The notes: a model not told the origin generated them from the sequence alone. A stretch of 64,000 bases of DNA from Octopus bimaculoides (GCF_001194135.2 NC_068982.1:58102241-58166240); one strand, 5' to 3'; counted from the first letter of the stretch, positions 25,364 to 39,454 are shown. Made by a program: numbers and translations.

Positions 25364-25941
25364 CCCTTTAGCAATTAACCTGGCCATATCCAGCTCAAAT
25401 ATTCTACCTGTTTTATGCTGAAACTGACCAGATCCAGCCTCTCACACCTACCTTACAACACAACATTCTCAAATTAAACACATCTTCAAAATCTTTAAGC
25501 TACAAAATATTACATACTCTATTACTCTTTTACTTGTTTCAGTCATTTGACTGCGGCCATGCTGGAGCACCGCCTTTATAGTCGAGCAAATCGACCCCAG
25601 GACTTATTCTTTGTAAGCCTAATACTTATTCTATCGGTCTCTTTTGCCGAACCGCTAAGTTACGGGGATGTAAACACATCACCATCGGTTGTCAAGCGAT
25701 GCTGGGGGGGGGGGACAAACACAGGCACATATACACACACATACATACATATATATATACACATATACGACGGGCTTCTTTCAGTTTCCGTCTACCAAAT
25801 CCACTCACAAGGCTTTGGTCGGCCCGAGGCTATAGTAGAAGACACTTGCCCAAGATACCACACTGCCACTCCTGCGCCTATGATTAATTTTTTAAAATGT
25901 GGATAAATAAGCATTACATTTAATCTGAATGTTAAAGGGTT
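25364..25941 (-). mobile_element. Reverse-oriented piggyBac-type MITE interrupted by a full-length family A SINE (25520-25880)
   Basis: MITE halves at 25364-25515 and 25880-25941 ending AAAGGG|TTAA. The SINE is complete and retains CpGs. Confidence 0.8.
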
Positions 25942-28216
25942 AAATGGGATGATATAAGTGAATACTTGTTCCCTCAAATTCTCCTTTCAAATATTGTATT
26001 TGTCTTGTGTTTATGCTCTCTTTCATTTCATTTCTTTAATATTGTAATATATTTGCTGGTATCTGTGAGTAAATTCTTCTTCTATTACCTCCTTAGAATT
26101 AACAGTTAAGCTACTGTCAAAACCAGTTCGCAACTTAGTTCAGTACAGATATGAAACAGTTTTAAATGAGAACTGAAACTAGCTACAAACTTGGTAAATC
26201 TACTCCAAAATAATAACTGTCATCTATCAAACATCAAAATATATTACAATTGATGTGGTCCGAGCCAACCTCTGCACTGAGGTTTCTAAACCTGCTGAGT
26301 AGGTTAGCTCAGGTATAGATCATATCTCTTTCAAGTTTGGTATAGTTTTCCACAAATAAACATGATACAATTCATATGACTTTCGAGTTCTGTTCTTGTT
26401 TATTGATACTTAAACATCAGCTCTGACTGATGTTAACTTCAACAATCTGATGAAGAGAGTTTGACAACCTACTGGGCAATCAGTTCTTTGTTGAGGAGGG
26501 TGGTCTAGAGTTAAATGAGCAAACTGCGGGCTGCAGGACTTTCTGAGGACACGCTTAATGATAATGAACCACGTCTTATATGACTCTCTCAAAAAAGTTG
26601 CCCCATGAGTGCACTACACGGTCACTCATATCACCAGAAATAACAGCCAAGTCTCTCCCAAATCACAAAGACAGAATGGGAAATGTCTTTGACAATTTCT
26701 TGGATTTTAAGTCACAGTTATCGTGCCATTGCAGACGATATATACACATATAAGCCAGGAAATGATTCAATCGCTTTCCTGACGTTGTCTGAGGTGGAAA
26801 CAGATTGTAAAACAAAACTGGTGTGTCGGACCGGTGTAGTCACCCGGAGGATGTTTCTCCTTTAATCTATTGGGGGGAATCTGTAGTGTACGGGCCAGGT
26901 AGGACAGAGATGAACTGAACAACTCTTTTAATGTCAAATTCGCTGAATTTGGCATTAACGGCTTTCTTTAAGCTCGGTGAATGTCCATTGCTCGGAACTA
27001 TGCTAGTCACATTAGCATACTTAAAAACCAGCCTTCAAGAAATAAGTCACTCAAAAACACTGCAAATAATGACAAAAAAAAATTCCCAATTAAAACCAAG
27101 GATAGCCCTTCAAATTACCAGACATTCCAATACGAGGGAAATTTCATCAAAGTTTTTAAAAAAGCAGGTTTAGGCGAAAGAAAATGTTACACGCATAACG
27201 TCTTCGACATCATTATTAATTATGTAAAACATTTTGAAATGGGAATGGAATACGAATCACAGACTGAATACGCCAAGAATTTCAATGTCACAAACGTGAG
27301 ATATCGACTAAATCAGACAATTGCATTCCAAAATATGTTCGACAGAAGAAATAAATACTACTGGGAAACGAAACCCTGTTCACAGATATAACCTAAGTTT
27401 AAATTTACAACGCTCAATACATTTCAGATTAAAAACGACTAGAGTATTTAGAGTGAGGAACAATTATTTTAAATCGACCACAGTATTTGACCGGTACTTG
27501 TTTTATCAATTCCAGAAGGATGAAAACCAAAATTAAACTCGACAGGGCTTAAATTTAATAAGAGATGTATCTTGTCCGGAAATATTGTCTATATTATAGA
27601 AATAATATTTTCATGATAATAGAAACATACTATATGAAGACAAGGAAAAACTTAATTAACAACAATTAAATAATTAATATTGAGGAGAGAAAAAAAAAAA
27701 GACCTACCGATAGATTTTGTTGTTACTTATTTTTTACATTGGTGAGGTAAATTACGTCTTCTTTATTAAAAATCCTCCACTTTGTTTTTTGTTCTCTAAA
27801 AGTGTCACTATAAAAAGGTAAAATATCTTATACAACATATTCAACAGAAGATAATTTAAATAAATGGCTCGTAATAAAGGAGGGATAATTAGAAGGAGAC
27901 GGGGAAAGACAAGTGAATTACTCTTTTGTTGTTGTTGACTACGAATGAGATGTTGCTACCACCTGACTTTTCAAACACTGCAGTGTACAACAATCTCCCG
28001 CCACAGGTGACTCCTAGTGACGACAACTGTCAATAAAGAAAACGTTTATTTAATGGGTCACCTAACGGAAGGTAGATAATTCTCGTTACTTAATTATACA
28101 CGAATTTGACATTCATCATATCATTGCAGACGATATATATACGATACATGTGTGTGTCGCGGGATACGTACACATACACGTATACTCCAACACACACACA
28201 CACACACATACATACA

Positions 28217-28248
<32 letters not shown>

Positions 28249-28612
28249 ACTGCAGCGTGGAAGGTGTTTATAAGCCATTTAAAAACACACAAAAACTGTC
28301 AAATTCACTTCAACATTTAAATTTAATTTGCCACAATATTTTCGCCGTTTNNNNNNNNNNNNNNNNNNNNNNNNNNNNNNNNNNNNNNNNNNNNNNNNNN
28401 NNNNNNNNNNNNNNNNNNNNNNNNNNNNNNNNNNNNNNNNNNNNNNNNNNNNNNNNNNNNNNNNNNNNNNNNNNNNNNNNNNNNNNNNNNNNNNNNNNNN
28501 NNNNNNNNNNNNNNNNNNNNNNNNNNNNNNNNNNNNNNNNNNNNNNNNNNNNNNNNNNNNNNNNNNNNNNNNNNNNNNNNNNNNNNNNNNNNNNNNNNNN
28601 NNNNNNNNNNNN

Positions 28613-28702
<90 letters not shown>

Positions 28703-30376
28703 TATATGTATATATATATATTGACGTATACATACACATAGATGATCTTTATTTTTTTACTTGTTTCAGTCATTATTATTTAACGTCCGTTTTCCATACT
28801 ACTGATTATATATATACTCGCACACAAACAGACACACACACACACATATGCGCGTGTGTATGTCTTTATATATTCATGTAAAGACATTTAAAGAGATTGA
28901 GCACACCCCCATCCTGTATCCAAGTGTTTTCAGGCATATTAAATATGACTTTACATAAACGTTTCATTCAACGAAACTTCAAATGATTCTACACACACTT
29001 ATTGTAATACCACAACACTATACTGGAGACAAAGAAATACTAAGTAAGTAGCTAATAAGTTCAGTCTAAGTTTTCCATTAACAGAATTGGAGATTCATAG
29101 TATTATAAACAAACACTCTTTGTCTTTGCCAACAACAATTCCATGTATTAGAAATCATGCCATTCTTCTGCTCCTAAAGCTTTAGGAAACAATTGAGGAC
29201 ACTGGAATAAAAAAAAAAACAAAAAAAAAACTGATCCTTGGTCCATCATATTTAGCTACTGGTAACTCCCAGTTATACTAGATGAATGAGTGATAAATTT
29301 GTTATGACAGGTGCATTCTTCTTTGAGAGGGGAGACGGCATTTTTGGTATAGCTTGCCAATAACTCTGAGAAAAATATTATATTAATCTACCTAGTCTTC
29401 TTTTTGCTGTTGTTGTTTTTAAATATTTTATCTCATTTCATTTCTTTACATGTGTGTATGTGTCTGTGTATGTATCTGTCTGTGTATGTATGTACATATA
29501 AATAAACTGTGTCAGTGTGTCTCCATGTCTATGTGTCTTTGTATGTGAATGTGTGTGTGTGTGTTTTGTCTGTGATTATGTTGTGTATGCATGTGTGTGA
29601 AAGTGTGTGCATGTATCTGCCTGCCTGTGTGTTTGTGAGTGTAGTTGCATATGTATGTGTACGTATGTGCATATATGTGAGTCTAGTGTCTGTGGATGTG
29701 CTTGCAAATGTGTGTCTGTCTGTGAGCGTTTGTGTATGTGTGTGTGTGCATGTGGAGTGTTTATGTGTATTTATCAGTGTGTTTGTATATAAGCAACACA
29801 AAACAATAGAAAGATAGAAATAAATAAATCCATTCTCCATCACCTTCAGTGAAGTAAAAAAATAGAAGATATAAAAAGGATACCAAAAAATATGTTGTCT
29901 GTAGAATGGAAACCTAGACAGTAGATTGGCAGAATCAGTGGAACACTGAAGAAATCCATTGCAGTTTCATAATATTTAGTCATATTTCTTATGTTCTTAG
30001 CTCAAATTCTGATAAGGTGATCTTAGCAATTCATCCTTTCAGCATCAGTAAAGGAAATACCAACAAATTATTATTAATCCTCAAAAATATGGAAGTAACT
30101 ACAATGGTCCTCTTTGTGTTGAAGCCATTTTTTAAATACAAAAAGAATTATTTAATTTAAATCAATGGTGCTGTAAATTAATACTACATCTTGAACTTCT
30201 TATCCCAAGTTTTTTTGGTAAAAATTTTTTTTAATTTTGAATTTGGGCTTTAAATTTTGAAAAGGCTTTATGAGAACATAGACTGGCCTACACCCTGTCA
30301 ATAGTATATTTTATTTTGTAGATAAAAATAATAAATTTGTATCAAGAAACATGTTGTTGAGTTTTCCTGAATGTTT

Positions 30377-30720
30377 GAGAACTATGACATACTCGACCAG
30401 CTGATTAGATAATTTTCAGTAAAATGAGCCACAGGAAAATGGCCAATGGCAGTGTTTTTCAACCTGACTGATACAGTAGCATACTTAAAAGTACTCACAA
30501 TATACTTAAAAGCACTCACAATTCAAACAGAAGAACAAACTCCAGTCTAAAAGTGGATTTCTTAAAATTCTGGCTGAAGAACTCCTTGGTGATGAAGAAC
30601 CTGAAGAAATAATTTCTGTATCTAAGAGAGAAAAAGCAGATAACACAAGCAGATTTTGCTGGATCTGCTATGTTTCAGATACATCCACCAGTCATTATTC
30701 CATTGCTAAGCCATTTAGGT
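30377..30720 (+). pseudogene. piggyBac transposase C-terminal relic
   Basis: DILDQLIR*FSVK*ATGKWPMAVFFNLTD resembles the piggyBac 'D.LDQ...RRWP.A.F.N..D' segment. A frameshifted FLKILAEELL...RFCWIC follows. Confidence 0.7.
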
Positions 30721-30903
30721 AAAGGTAGTCATCAGCTACTTTAAAAGAGCCTTCTATGTATTTGAAAAGATTTATTTTATGATTCCTTAATGTTAATTAC
30801 TCCTGTAAATCTGCAACAAGTTTTTGTTTTCTATTAATGTGCATATAATTCTACAGTAAATGTTGTGCACTTGTACATACTCTTTGATATAGAGTCTGCG
30901 GGG

Positions 30904-31154
30904 CAGCATTTCCCAAGGACCGATTTCCTGCAAGACAATTTTTTCTCAGACAAGGGTGCCACATGCATAACAAAACACAATAAAGCACCTGATGTATAAT
31001 ATAATTATTACATATATAATATACATATAATGCAAAAACACACTGAAGAGTGCAATAGCTGATAAATCAAAAAAAATTATTCTTCCTGTGTAGCCTTGTA
31101 CTAAATGATTCATGTCCTAGTACTAGTTCATGGCCTAATGCTTGGAGATCCCTG
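30904..31154. mobile_element. Decayed hAT/Charlie (MER1-like) MITE
   Basis: Ends CAGCATTTCCCAAGG and GCTTGGAGATCCCTG. Flanks CTGCGGGG and CTGTGTGG match at 6/8, consistent with an old 8-bp TSD. Confidence 0.55.
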
Positions 31155-33617
31155 CTGTGTGGTATTACTACTTACATTTTCCCCTTCACACTAAGCATGG
31201 CTACATCCCTAATATCAGACAAAACCTTTTTCTTTCTTGCTAACAAAGCTCTTTTTTACCTTTGCAAAGTTTACTGGAAGACTTCTTGGTTTTAGGTTTA
31301 GCTTCTATATCTACAAATTTCTTCACTAATTTTCCAACAGGTTCAGCTAAGAAAACTTTGCTATTTACTACAGAAGTTCCCATGGACAGCCACCATTAAA
31401 CTCCAGATATGGCCAAGAAAATAACTCTTGAATATACAAAAAGAAGAAATGTTCAAGTTTTGAATGGTCTTGATCAAAGGTCAGCTTAATCAGAGCTCAA
31501 CAGGAGCTGGATAACAACAACAACAATAACAAAATGACCTCTTGCAACTCTGAACTAACAAGGTATCTGCTACCTGCACACAGGTATGCCCAAAACAATA
31601 TCATCCCTTCACATCATTCATATCTTCCAAATTCTGCTTTAAACACTTTGCCTTTATCCTTCCCAAAAATGTGAACTTTTGGAGTTGACTTTCAACACCA
31701 CATTTATTTACCAATACATGCATACAGATGATCAAAGTGAACATTGAATACCAACGCTATCATTCTTACCAGTACAGGAGGCCTTGTAAGGACCGTGGGA
31801 AAAACCTCTTCTTCTATGAGTTATTTATAAAAAGAAAAAAAAAAAAAAANNNNNNNNNNAAAAAAAAAAAAAAAAAAAAAGATTATAATCACATTATAGA
31901 ATGAAGTTTACTGAGTTTATTAACAGATTGGGTTAATTCTCAGCCAAAATCTTTGATCTTGGCACAGAAATCAACAGAATATTTAATATCTGTTTTATAT
32001 ATATATATGTTTTAGTTATCACATTACAAAGAGACTATTTTCAATGCATGTTGTTTTATCTTTGCCAAAAATCCCAGTGAACTCAACTTGAGATGACATC
32101 AAAGCTTGGGAGAACCCAGAATTATCTTACAATTTGTACCTATAGGTGTCAGCAATTTTCCCTGTTACCTTCATGATATAAAAACATACCTGTGATATAA
32201 CATCATCTCATATACGTATAACGAGGATTTTCCCCTCATTTTTCAAAAGACAGACTGTTGGATAAAAAGTAACAAGCACTTTATTTTTATCATTTGTTAT
32301 AATTATTATCATTATGATGGTAATGATTATTATTTTTCTTTCTCTGTTACGTTCCCACGAACTCTTGATGTAATTCTTTCTTGGATATTTAACTATCTGG
32401 CAGAACCTTCACATAGCACTGGGTAATTAGTTTGGTCATGCAAGGAATTGTTATTCTTTATAAAGGTACAGCTACATTTTATCACTTTCATATCATAAAT
32501 GTTATAACATTAATACTAGAAATAATAAAAGCTACAAAGAAGAAATTCACTAAAAATATATATTTCTTTTTCCTTTTTCACCTTTCTCTTTTATTTTATT
32601 ATTTTTCTCTCCTTTTCCAGAAAAATAATCATTTGTAAACAATGATAGTGCTATTGCTAATGGCGGCGGTGGTGGTGGTGGTGGTGGTGGTGGTGATGGT
32701 AGTTGTAGTAATAACCGGAATTATAAGGGGAGTTAACTCAGCTCCTCTTCTTCTCTGTTACATCCTCTCCTTCATCCCCTTCATCTTACTCCTTTCTTCC
32801 TCGTCCATTTTCTCTTCCTCAGACTTTCTCCCTCTTCTCAATACACTGCTGCTACCTTCTCCTTTCTCAGCTTGCCATTCTCCTTCCTCCACTACTCACA
32901 TTCATTGTCCTTAGCCCTTCAAATACTGGTTTCAAATATCTAGCACAAGGGCAGCAGTTTTGGGGAGAGTCTAAGTCAATTAGATCGAACCAAGTGCTTA
33001 ACTGGTACTTACTTTATCAACTTCAAAAGGATGAAAGGCAAAATTCACCTCAGCAGGATTTGAACTCAGAATATAAAGATGCTAACAATCCACTGCTTGA
33101 AATAAGTAAAAAACAAAAACAAAAAAAAAAACAGATAAATAAAATATAGACATCTTTGTTAATCTCTACCTGAAAGATGAAGGTATGATAGGCAGAAATG
33201 GTAGAATGTTAAACAAAATGCTTTGCGGTGTTAACTTTATGTTCTTAACTCAAATCTCACAGATGTCAGTTCTGCATTTATTCTTCCTAGATCAATAAAA
33301 TATCACACCAGACAACTTCTGGAATCAACTTGATCAACTTTAGCTATCCCCTAAATTTTGTTAGAAATCAATATTTTTTGCAACCTCCTCCCGTCACCTC
33401 CTATATCTTTACTTCTTGTAAATAAAAGGGGAAAATAAATCTATTTTTATGACTCAGCGGTGAAACCAGCATACCTGTACCATCATGGTACCATCATATG
33501 GTACCAATTATCCTTGTAAGTGTTTTCTTTGGAGCAAAGTCCTGAACTTGAGATGTCATCAAAGCCATACAAACTGCTGGAGTTACCTTTAACTTTCTAA
33601 CTTTTGATAACTGTATG

Positions 33618-33651
<34 letters not shown>

Positions 33652-33724
33652 CTCTGTTTATCTATTTCTCTATCTATCCTCATATTTATATGTTTATATG
33701 CGTTCGTGTGTATGTATTTATTTA

Positions 33725-34128
33725 TTGGCTGTGTGGTAAGTAACTTGCTTACCAACCACATGGTTCCGGGTTCAGTCCCACTGCATGGTACCTTGGGCAA
33801 GTGTCTTCTACTATAGCCTCGGGCCGACCAAAGCCTTGTGAGTGGATTTGGTAGACAGAAACTGAAAGAAGCCTGTCGTATATATGCATATATATATATA
33901 TGTATGTATGTGTATATGTTTGTATGTCTGTGTTTGTCCTCCCAACATCGCGTGACAACCGATGCTGGTGTGTTTATGTCCCCGTAACTTAGCGGTTTGG
34001 CAAAAGTAACCGATAGAATAAGTACTAGGCATCCAAAGAATAAGTCCTGGGGTCGATTTGCTCGACTAAAGGCGGTGCTCCAGCATGGCCGCAGTCAAAT
34101 GACTGTAACAAATAAAAGAGTAAAGAGA
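33725..34128 (+). mobile_element. Full-length family A tRNA-derived SINE (reference copy)
   Basis: TGGCTGTGTGG (A-box-like), GGTTCAGTCCC (B-box-like), central domain, (TA/TG) linker, tail ending AAAAGAGTAAAGAG. Confidence 0.9.
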
Positions 34129-35589
34129 GAGAGTATGTATGAATAGTTGTAATTTAGTGCGGATAACTTGGTATAAATATATACTTGCTTTCACAACTGA
34201 TTATGGGGGCCCAAGCAGACACAAACATTCAACCCCATCACCATTGACGTAGAGAATCATCCAGGAACCTCAGATATGGCAACTAAAGGGACACATGTTG
34301 CACCAGCACTTGATTGGTTACTTTATTCATAGTCCCTGAAATAATGAAAGACAAAGATAACCTTAGCAGAATTTGAACTCAGAGCACAGAAACTTGGAAC
34401 AAAGTTTTAGTAGTCATCAGCTTACTTCTTCATCAGTTACAATGTTGACAAGTCTCGATGGTAATTATACTTAATCAGCGACTTTCATAATGCTGAAAAT
34501 TCTTGTATAAAATGAATCAAAGAAAAATTTTATTTCCCCTAGCAACAAGCATCAAATTTCCACCTAATTCTAATACCACTGACCCATATGAGGCTACTTT
34601 AACCAATGACCTTAGCTAGCTTTCACACATCCAGGTAGTTATTCCAGTTGTTCTGCACTCATAAAAATGTCTGGATTTCTCAGATTGATGTACACTATAC
34701 CTGAAATTCCACCCCACCTAAAAGAAACAGATGGTATAATTATGGCTATATCATGGTTCTCACATAAAACGTATTATGTAACTTCCTGCATTTATAGATA
34801 CACGATCTGTATGCTGAAAAAGATAAGTGATATCTGTTCTACTTTGAAGTACAACCATATTGAAAAACACACACGTTGACAGTTCACATTTTTTATTTTA
34901 AAAAATTCATAATTAATTTTTAAGAAAAAAAAATCAATAAAAACTATGTGGTGTCAATGCATGTGTTTTTCAGTCAAGCAACACTTAAAAGTTCAACAGA
35001 TTCAATTAAATATTATATAATTTTTACCAAAAATGCTATCATTCATATAATAATGAGATTTTAACTGATATTTTTGCAACAATCATTTAATACTCAGTAC
35101 TATAATCACCTGTCACTTGCCATGTAACCTATCTTTTTCTAAATTTAGACTTGTTTTCACTCAATATAATTTGTGGTTTGAGTGTAGCAAAGAGCCTTTG
35201 CATAAGTGACATCATCTAAGGACACATCTCACCCACTATTTTCATTAAATTTAACCAATCCAGATGAAAAAAAACTGGATACTGTGACTCTGTTTTGATT
35301 AGCTGTAATATGTTAATTGGTAACTGCTCAGTAACTTCTCTTCTGAGACCCTTTTGCAGTTTTTAAGGGAACCACATTTAAGGATCAGGTCAGAGAGGGG
35401 TTGGCTCTGGCTAGTAATTGGTGTTCTGGATATGACCACTCTAGTTCAGCCCTTAAATTTTTTTCTTCAATAAGTTAATCATAAAAGACAGACACGGTAT
35501 TGCCCATGATCAGCTCTCCAGCCTACTACTCCATTACTATCATTGCATTTATTTTAATATTTGTTTTTCCATACTGGTATTAGTCTTGA

Positions 35590-35910
35590 AGGTGCATAGC
35601 TCAGTGGTTAGAGCATCAAGCATATGGCCGTGAGGTTGTGAGTTCATTTCCCAGCTCAGGCTGTGTGTTGTGTTCTTGAGCAAAACACTTTATTTCACAT
35701 TACTCCAGTTCACTTATCTGTAGAAATGAGTTGGGGTGTCACTAGTGCCAAGCTGTATTGGCTTTGTCTTTCCCTTGGATAACATCAGTGGCATGGAGAG
35801 GGGAGGCTAGTATGCATGGGCAACTGCTGGTCTTCCATAAACAACCTTACTTGGACTTGTGCCTCAGAGGGTAACTTTCTAGGTGCAATCCCATTGTCAT
35901 TCATGACCAA
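35590..35910 (+). mobile_element. CORE-type SINE (family D)
   Basis: TAGCTCAGTGG A box, GAGTTCATTTCC B-box-like motif, CORE-like block; homologous to 16201-16515. Confidence 0.8.
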
Positions 35911-36519
35911 AGAGGTATCTTTACTTACTTAACTATCGGTCTTGTTTATAAGGTCACCATCACGAATTCCTCTTACAGTCTCCTTAATTTTCCCCAGGAT
36001 ATCTTCCTCCACCTACCTGCAGGTCACCCATTAGTGACCTCTCATTCTTCAAAAAATTCGATGAAGTCAGCGAAACCACATGGTTGCAAAGCAAGCATTT
36101 TAACCAGACAGCTGTGCCTGTGCATCTTTGGTCATAAATGATTATCTTCATTGCTTTTGTTATTTTATATCTAACAGGTTAGATGTTAGATATCAGAGTT
36201 AGGATGTTGAAACTAGTTCAATCCTAGCTGACAGCTGAAAATTCATATTGACAAACTACATAGTCCATAAAACTTAAAAGCAAATTGTGCAAACTTCCAT
36301 TACGGTATCTTAAGTGGTTTTAATGGGAATATTTGTAGAATCATTCTGTGTAAATCATAAAATTCCTTTAAAAAGATAGTGTTGAATGACAATAGAATAT
36401 AGCATGATTTCTTGACTGCCATGTGGAAAAGAATCGTTATATATCGATATATGTTTGGATTTGTAAAGTTCCAACATTAAACACAAAAGGCAAACACAAA
36501 GAAATGAGCCAAAGGAGGA

Positions 36520-36715
36520 GGTCTCTGAGAAGTAATTTGACTTGCAAGGAATAGCTGTTAAATCTCCCTTGAATTACACCCGACTGCTTTAAAAAAAAAA
36601 AAGAAAAATGGGAAGGACTTATTTTAGATTATGTTTTTTCTAGATACACTTAAAAAGAGAGAATGGTTGTGGCTGAAATATCTTTGATCATAGGTCTCCT
36701 CTCAACCAGAGCTGA

Positions 36716-36720
<5 letters not shown>
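36520..36720 (+). mobile_element. ~200-bp dispersed retroposon-like repeat (family E)
   Basis: Shares CTTTGATCATAGGTCT and CAAATCTCCCTCAAAT-like blocks with 24665-24860 (-), 54000-54215 (-) and 31470-31530 (+). Other copies end in (CAA)n-like tails. Confidence 0.6.
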
Positions 36721-36746
<26 letters not shown>

Positions 36747-36912
36747 GGTGGTAGTGGTGGTGGTGCTGGTGCTGGTGGTGCTGGTAGTAGTAGTAGTGGT
36801 AGTAGTAGTAGTGGTAGTAGTAGTAGTAGTAGTAGCAGCAGCAGCAGCAAGAAGAAGAAGAAAAAGGAGAAGAAGAAGATTATCATCAGCTGTAGCATCA
36901 GCAACAACAACA
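36716..36912. repeat. Compound trinucleotide repeat (GTA/GGT/GCA/GAA)
   Basis: Direct reading. Explains the S/G/K- and V-rich ORFs. Confidence 0.9.
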
Positions 36913-37306
36913 AATTAAGGGGAAAAAAATAAGGCAAAAGAATGTAAACTTCAAAATGAATATCATTGATATTTAATGCAATCTTGATATGGTGTAGAAA
37001 TACTTTTGAGTTTTCCTCTAGATTCTTATTGTCGTTTGACCCTTTAGCATTCAGATTACTCTCTCAAGCATCATGCATATTTGTTCACAGTTTTTAATTA
37101 ATCAGGCATCATTTGATTGCTTTGAGAATTTGATGATGCGATTGTTTACTTTTTGAAGGATATTGCAGGAAAGGGGTGAAAGGCCAGATCTAGTCAGTAT
37201 GAGTATAAAACAGGTAGAATAGTTTGGTTGGATATGGTCCATTTAAATGCCAAAGAAATTTGGTTTACCAAATATTAAGACTCCTGAAATTAGAAAGGTA
37301 TGAGAG

Positions 37307-37344
<38 letters not shown>

Positions 37345-38146
37345 TACGATGAGCTTCATTCAGTTTCTGTCTACCACCTCCACTCACAATGCTTTGGTCG
37401 GCCTGAGGCTATAGCAAAAGACACTTGCCCAAGGTGCCACACAGTGGGACTAAACCAGGAACCATGTGGTTGGGAAGCAAGTTTCTTTCCACTCAGCCAC
37501 TCCTCCACCTATGCCTGCATCTACAAAATTACTTGCTCACAATGCCATGTTAACTTTCAAAATTAATTGAAACATGTAGACAGTCTAATTCATTATACAT
37601 ATATAATATAGGATGACGAAAACATTCAAGTTCTACAGGAAAGAAAAATTATGACCTGAAGATTTTATTCTTGTAGTATCCTAGAATTTCAGGAAAACAC
37701 GTGTATTGATTCAATTACTAATACCTTTATTGTCTCTGCTGCAAGACACATTCTCCTGTCCTTCTATCATACTTTCATATCCTTCAATACTGTACCTAAC
37801 TCAGGTGAGGGATCTTGTTTTGTGGATGCTTGGTGGCCTCGCCTGTGTTGGTACCATGGAAAAAGCACCAAGTATGCTCTGCGGAGTGGTTGGCATTAGG
37901 AAAGGCATCAATTTCTAGAAGACAGACCAAAGCAGATATTGGAGCTCAACACAGCCCTCTGGCTACTGGTTTATGTTGAACCATCCAACTTATGCCAACA
38001 TGGAAAATGACACATTAAATTACAATGATGACGATGATGATCTTAAGAAGAATGTTGCACAACTATTCTATTTACTAAAATGCAAAGCTGTCCTTCTTCT
38101 TTGCAAAAATCTTGTAATTAGCTGCAAACAATATCAAATTATGGAA

Positions 38147-38800
38147 AGGTGGTGACTTGGCAGAATTGTTAGCATGTCAGGTAAAATGCTTAGTGGCATT
38201 TTGTCTGTCTTTATGTTGTGAGTTCAAATTCTGTCAAAGTCATCTTTACTTTTGGGGTCAATAAAATAAGTACCAGTTGGACACTGGGGTCGATGTAATT
38301 GACTTACCTGCTCCTCCGAAACTGTTGGCCTTGTTCCAAAATTTGAAATCAGTTTTAGATAAAGGAAGGGTAGCTAGCTGGCAGAATCATTAGAAGGTGG
38401 CGAGCTGGCAGAAATGTTAGCATGCCAGGCGAAATGCTTGGCGGTGTCTCATCTGCTGTTACGTTCTGAGTTCAAATTCCGCCAAGGTCAACTTTGCCTT
38501 TCATCTTTTCGGGGTCGATAAATTAAGTACCAGTTATGCACTGGGGTCGATGTAATCAACTTAATTCCTTTGTCTGTCCTTGTTTGTCCCCTCTATGTTT
38601 AGCTCCTTGTGGGCAATAAAGAAATAAGGATCATTAGCATGCTGGACAAAATACTTAGCGGCATTTCATCCATCTTTACATTCTGAGTTCAAATACCACT
38701 GGGGTCAACTTTGCCTTTTGTCTTTTTGGGGTCGATGTGATTAACTTACCTATCCCCTAAAATTACTGGCCTTGTGCCAAAATTTGAAACCAATATTAAA
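38147..38800 (+). mobile_element. Cluster of family B tRNA-derived SINEs, with a younger copy (38394-38629) nested in an older one
   Basis: Shared GAGCTGGCAGAA...GAGTTCAAATTC...TTTCGGGGTCGATAAA(A/T)TAAGTACC blocks. ATCATTAG is repeated at 38386-38393 and 38630-38637. Confidence 0.85.
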
Positions 38801-39380
38801 TAATGAAACGATTGATACAACAATTCTATATTGCGTAACAATACTTTTAGCTCTTTTAATTATTGAACACTTAGTTATTATCTATCTATTGATTTATTTA
38901 CCTACTGTTTTTCTGTACACCATTCAATAATTCCCATTCTTTTCCTTCTGTTTCCAATAAAGAAGACTAACATATTCAAGTAAGTAGGGACATGGTCCAC
39001 AAAACCTTCATTAGAAAGCTGTGGTCCACCATCATACCTGTAAACTCCCTACTTTTACAAATTTCTTATTTATTTTTACAATACCTTTCCCTTTGCTCCT
39101 TTTCAGCTCCTTTTTTTTTATTCTATGCTTTACTAATCCTATACTACTCTTTGAATTTTAATTTTCTCTTTTTTTTGACTTTTGATCTTTGATTTCTTTT
39201 TTTTTGGTCCTTCCTTTCTTAGACATGACTTTATCAAAACAAACAAAATAAACAGACTGATATCTATGTGTGTGTATACACACCCTATCACAAAAACATA
39301 TGAATGTATATATACACACCTATCTGTCATTTATTTATCTGTCAATATATATAGGTATATACATATATATATATACATAC

Positions 39381-39454
<74 letters not shown>

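Noticed and set aside
31400-31530. Apparent Tc1 'VQVLEWP' motif
   Set aside because: The nucleotides match the 3' end of dispersed family E with its (CAA)n tail rather than a transposase.
36650-36937. S/G/K-rich and L/P-rich ORFs
   Set aside because: Compound trinucleotide repeat attached to a dispersed repeat; open on both strands because of low complexity.
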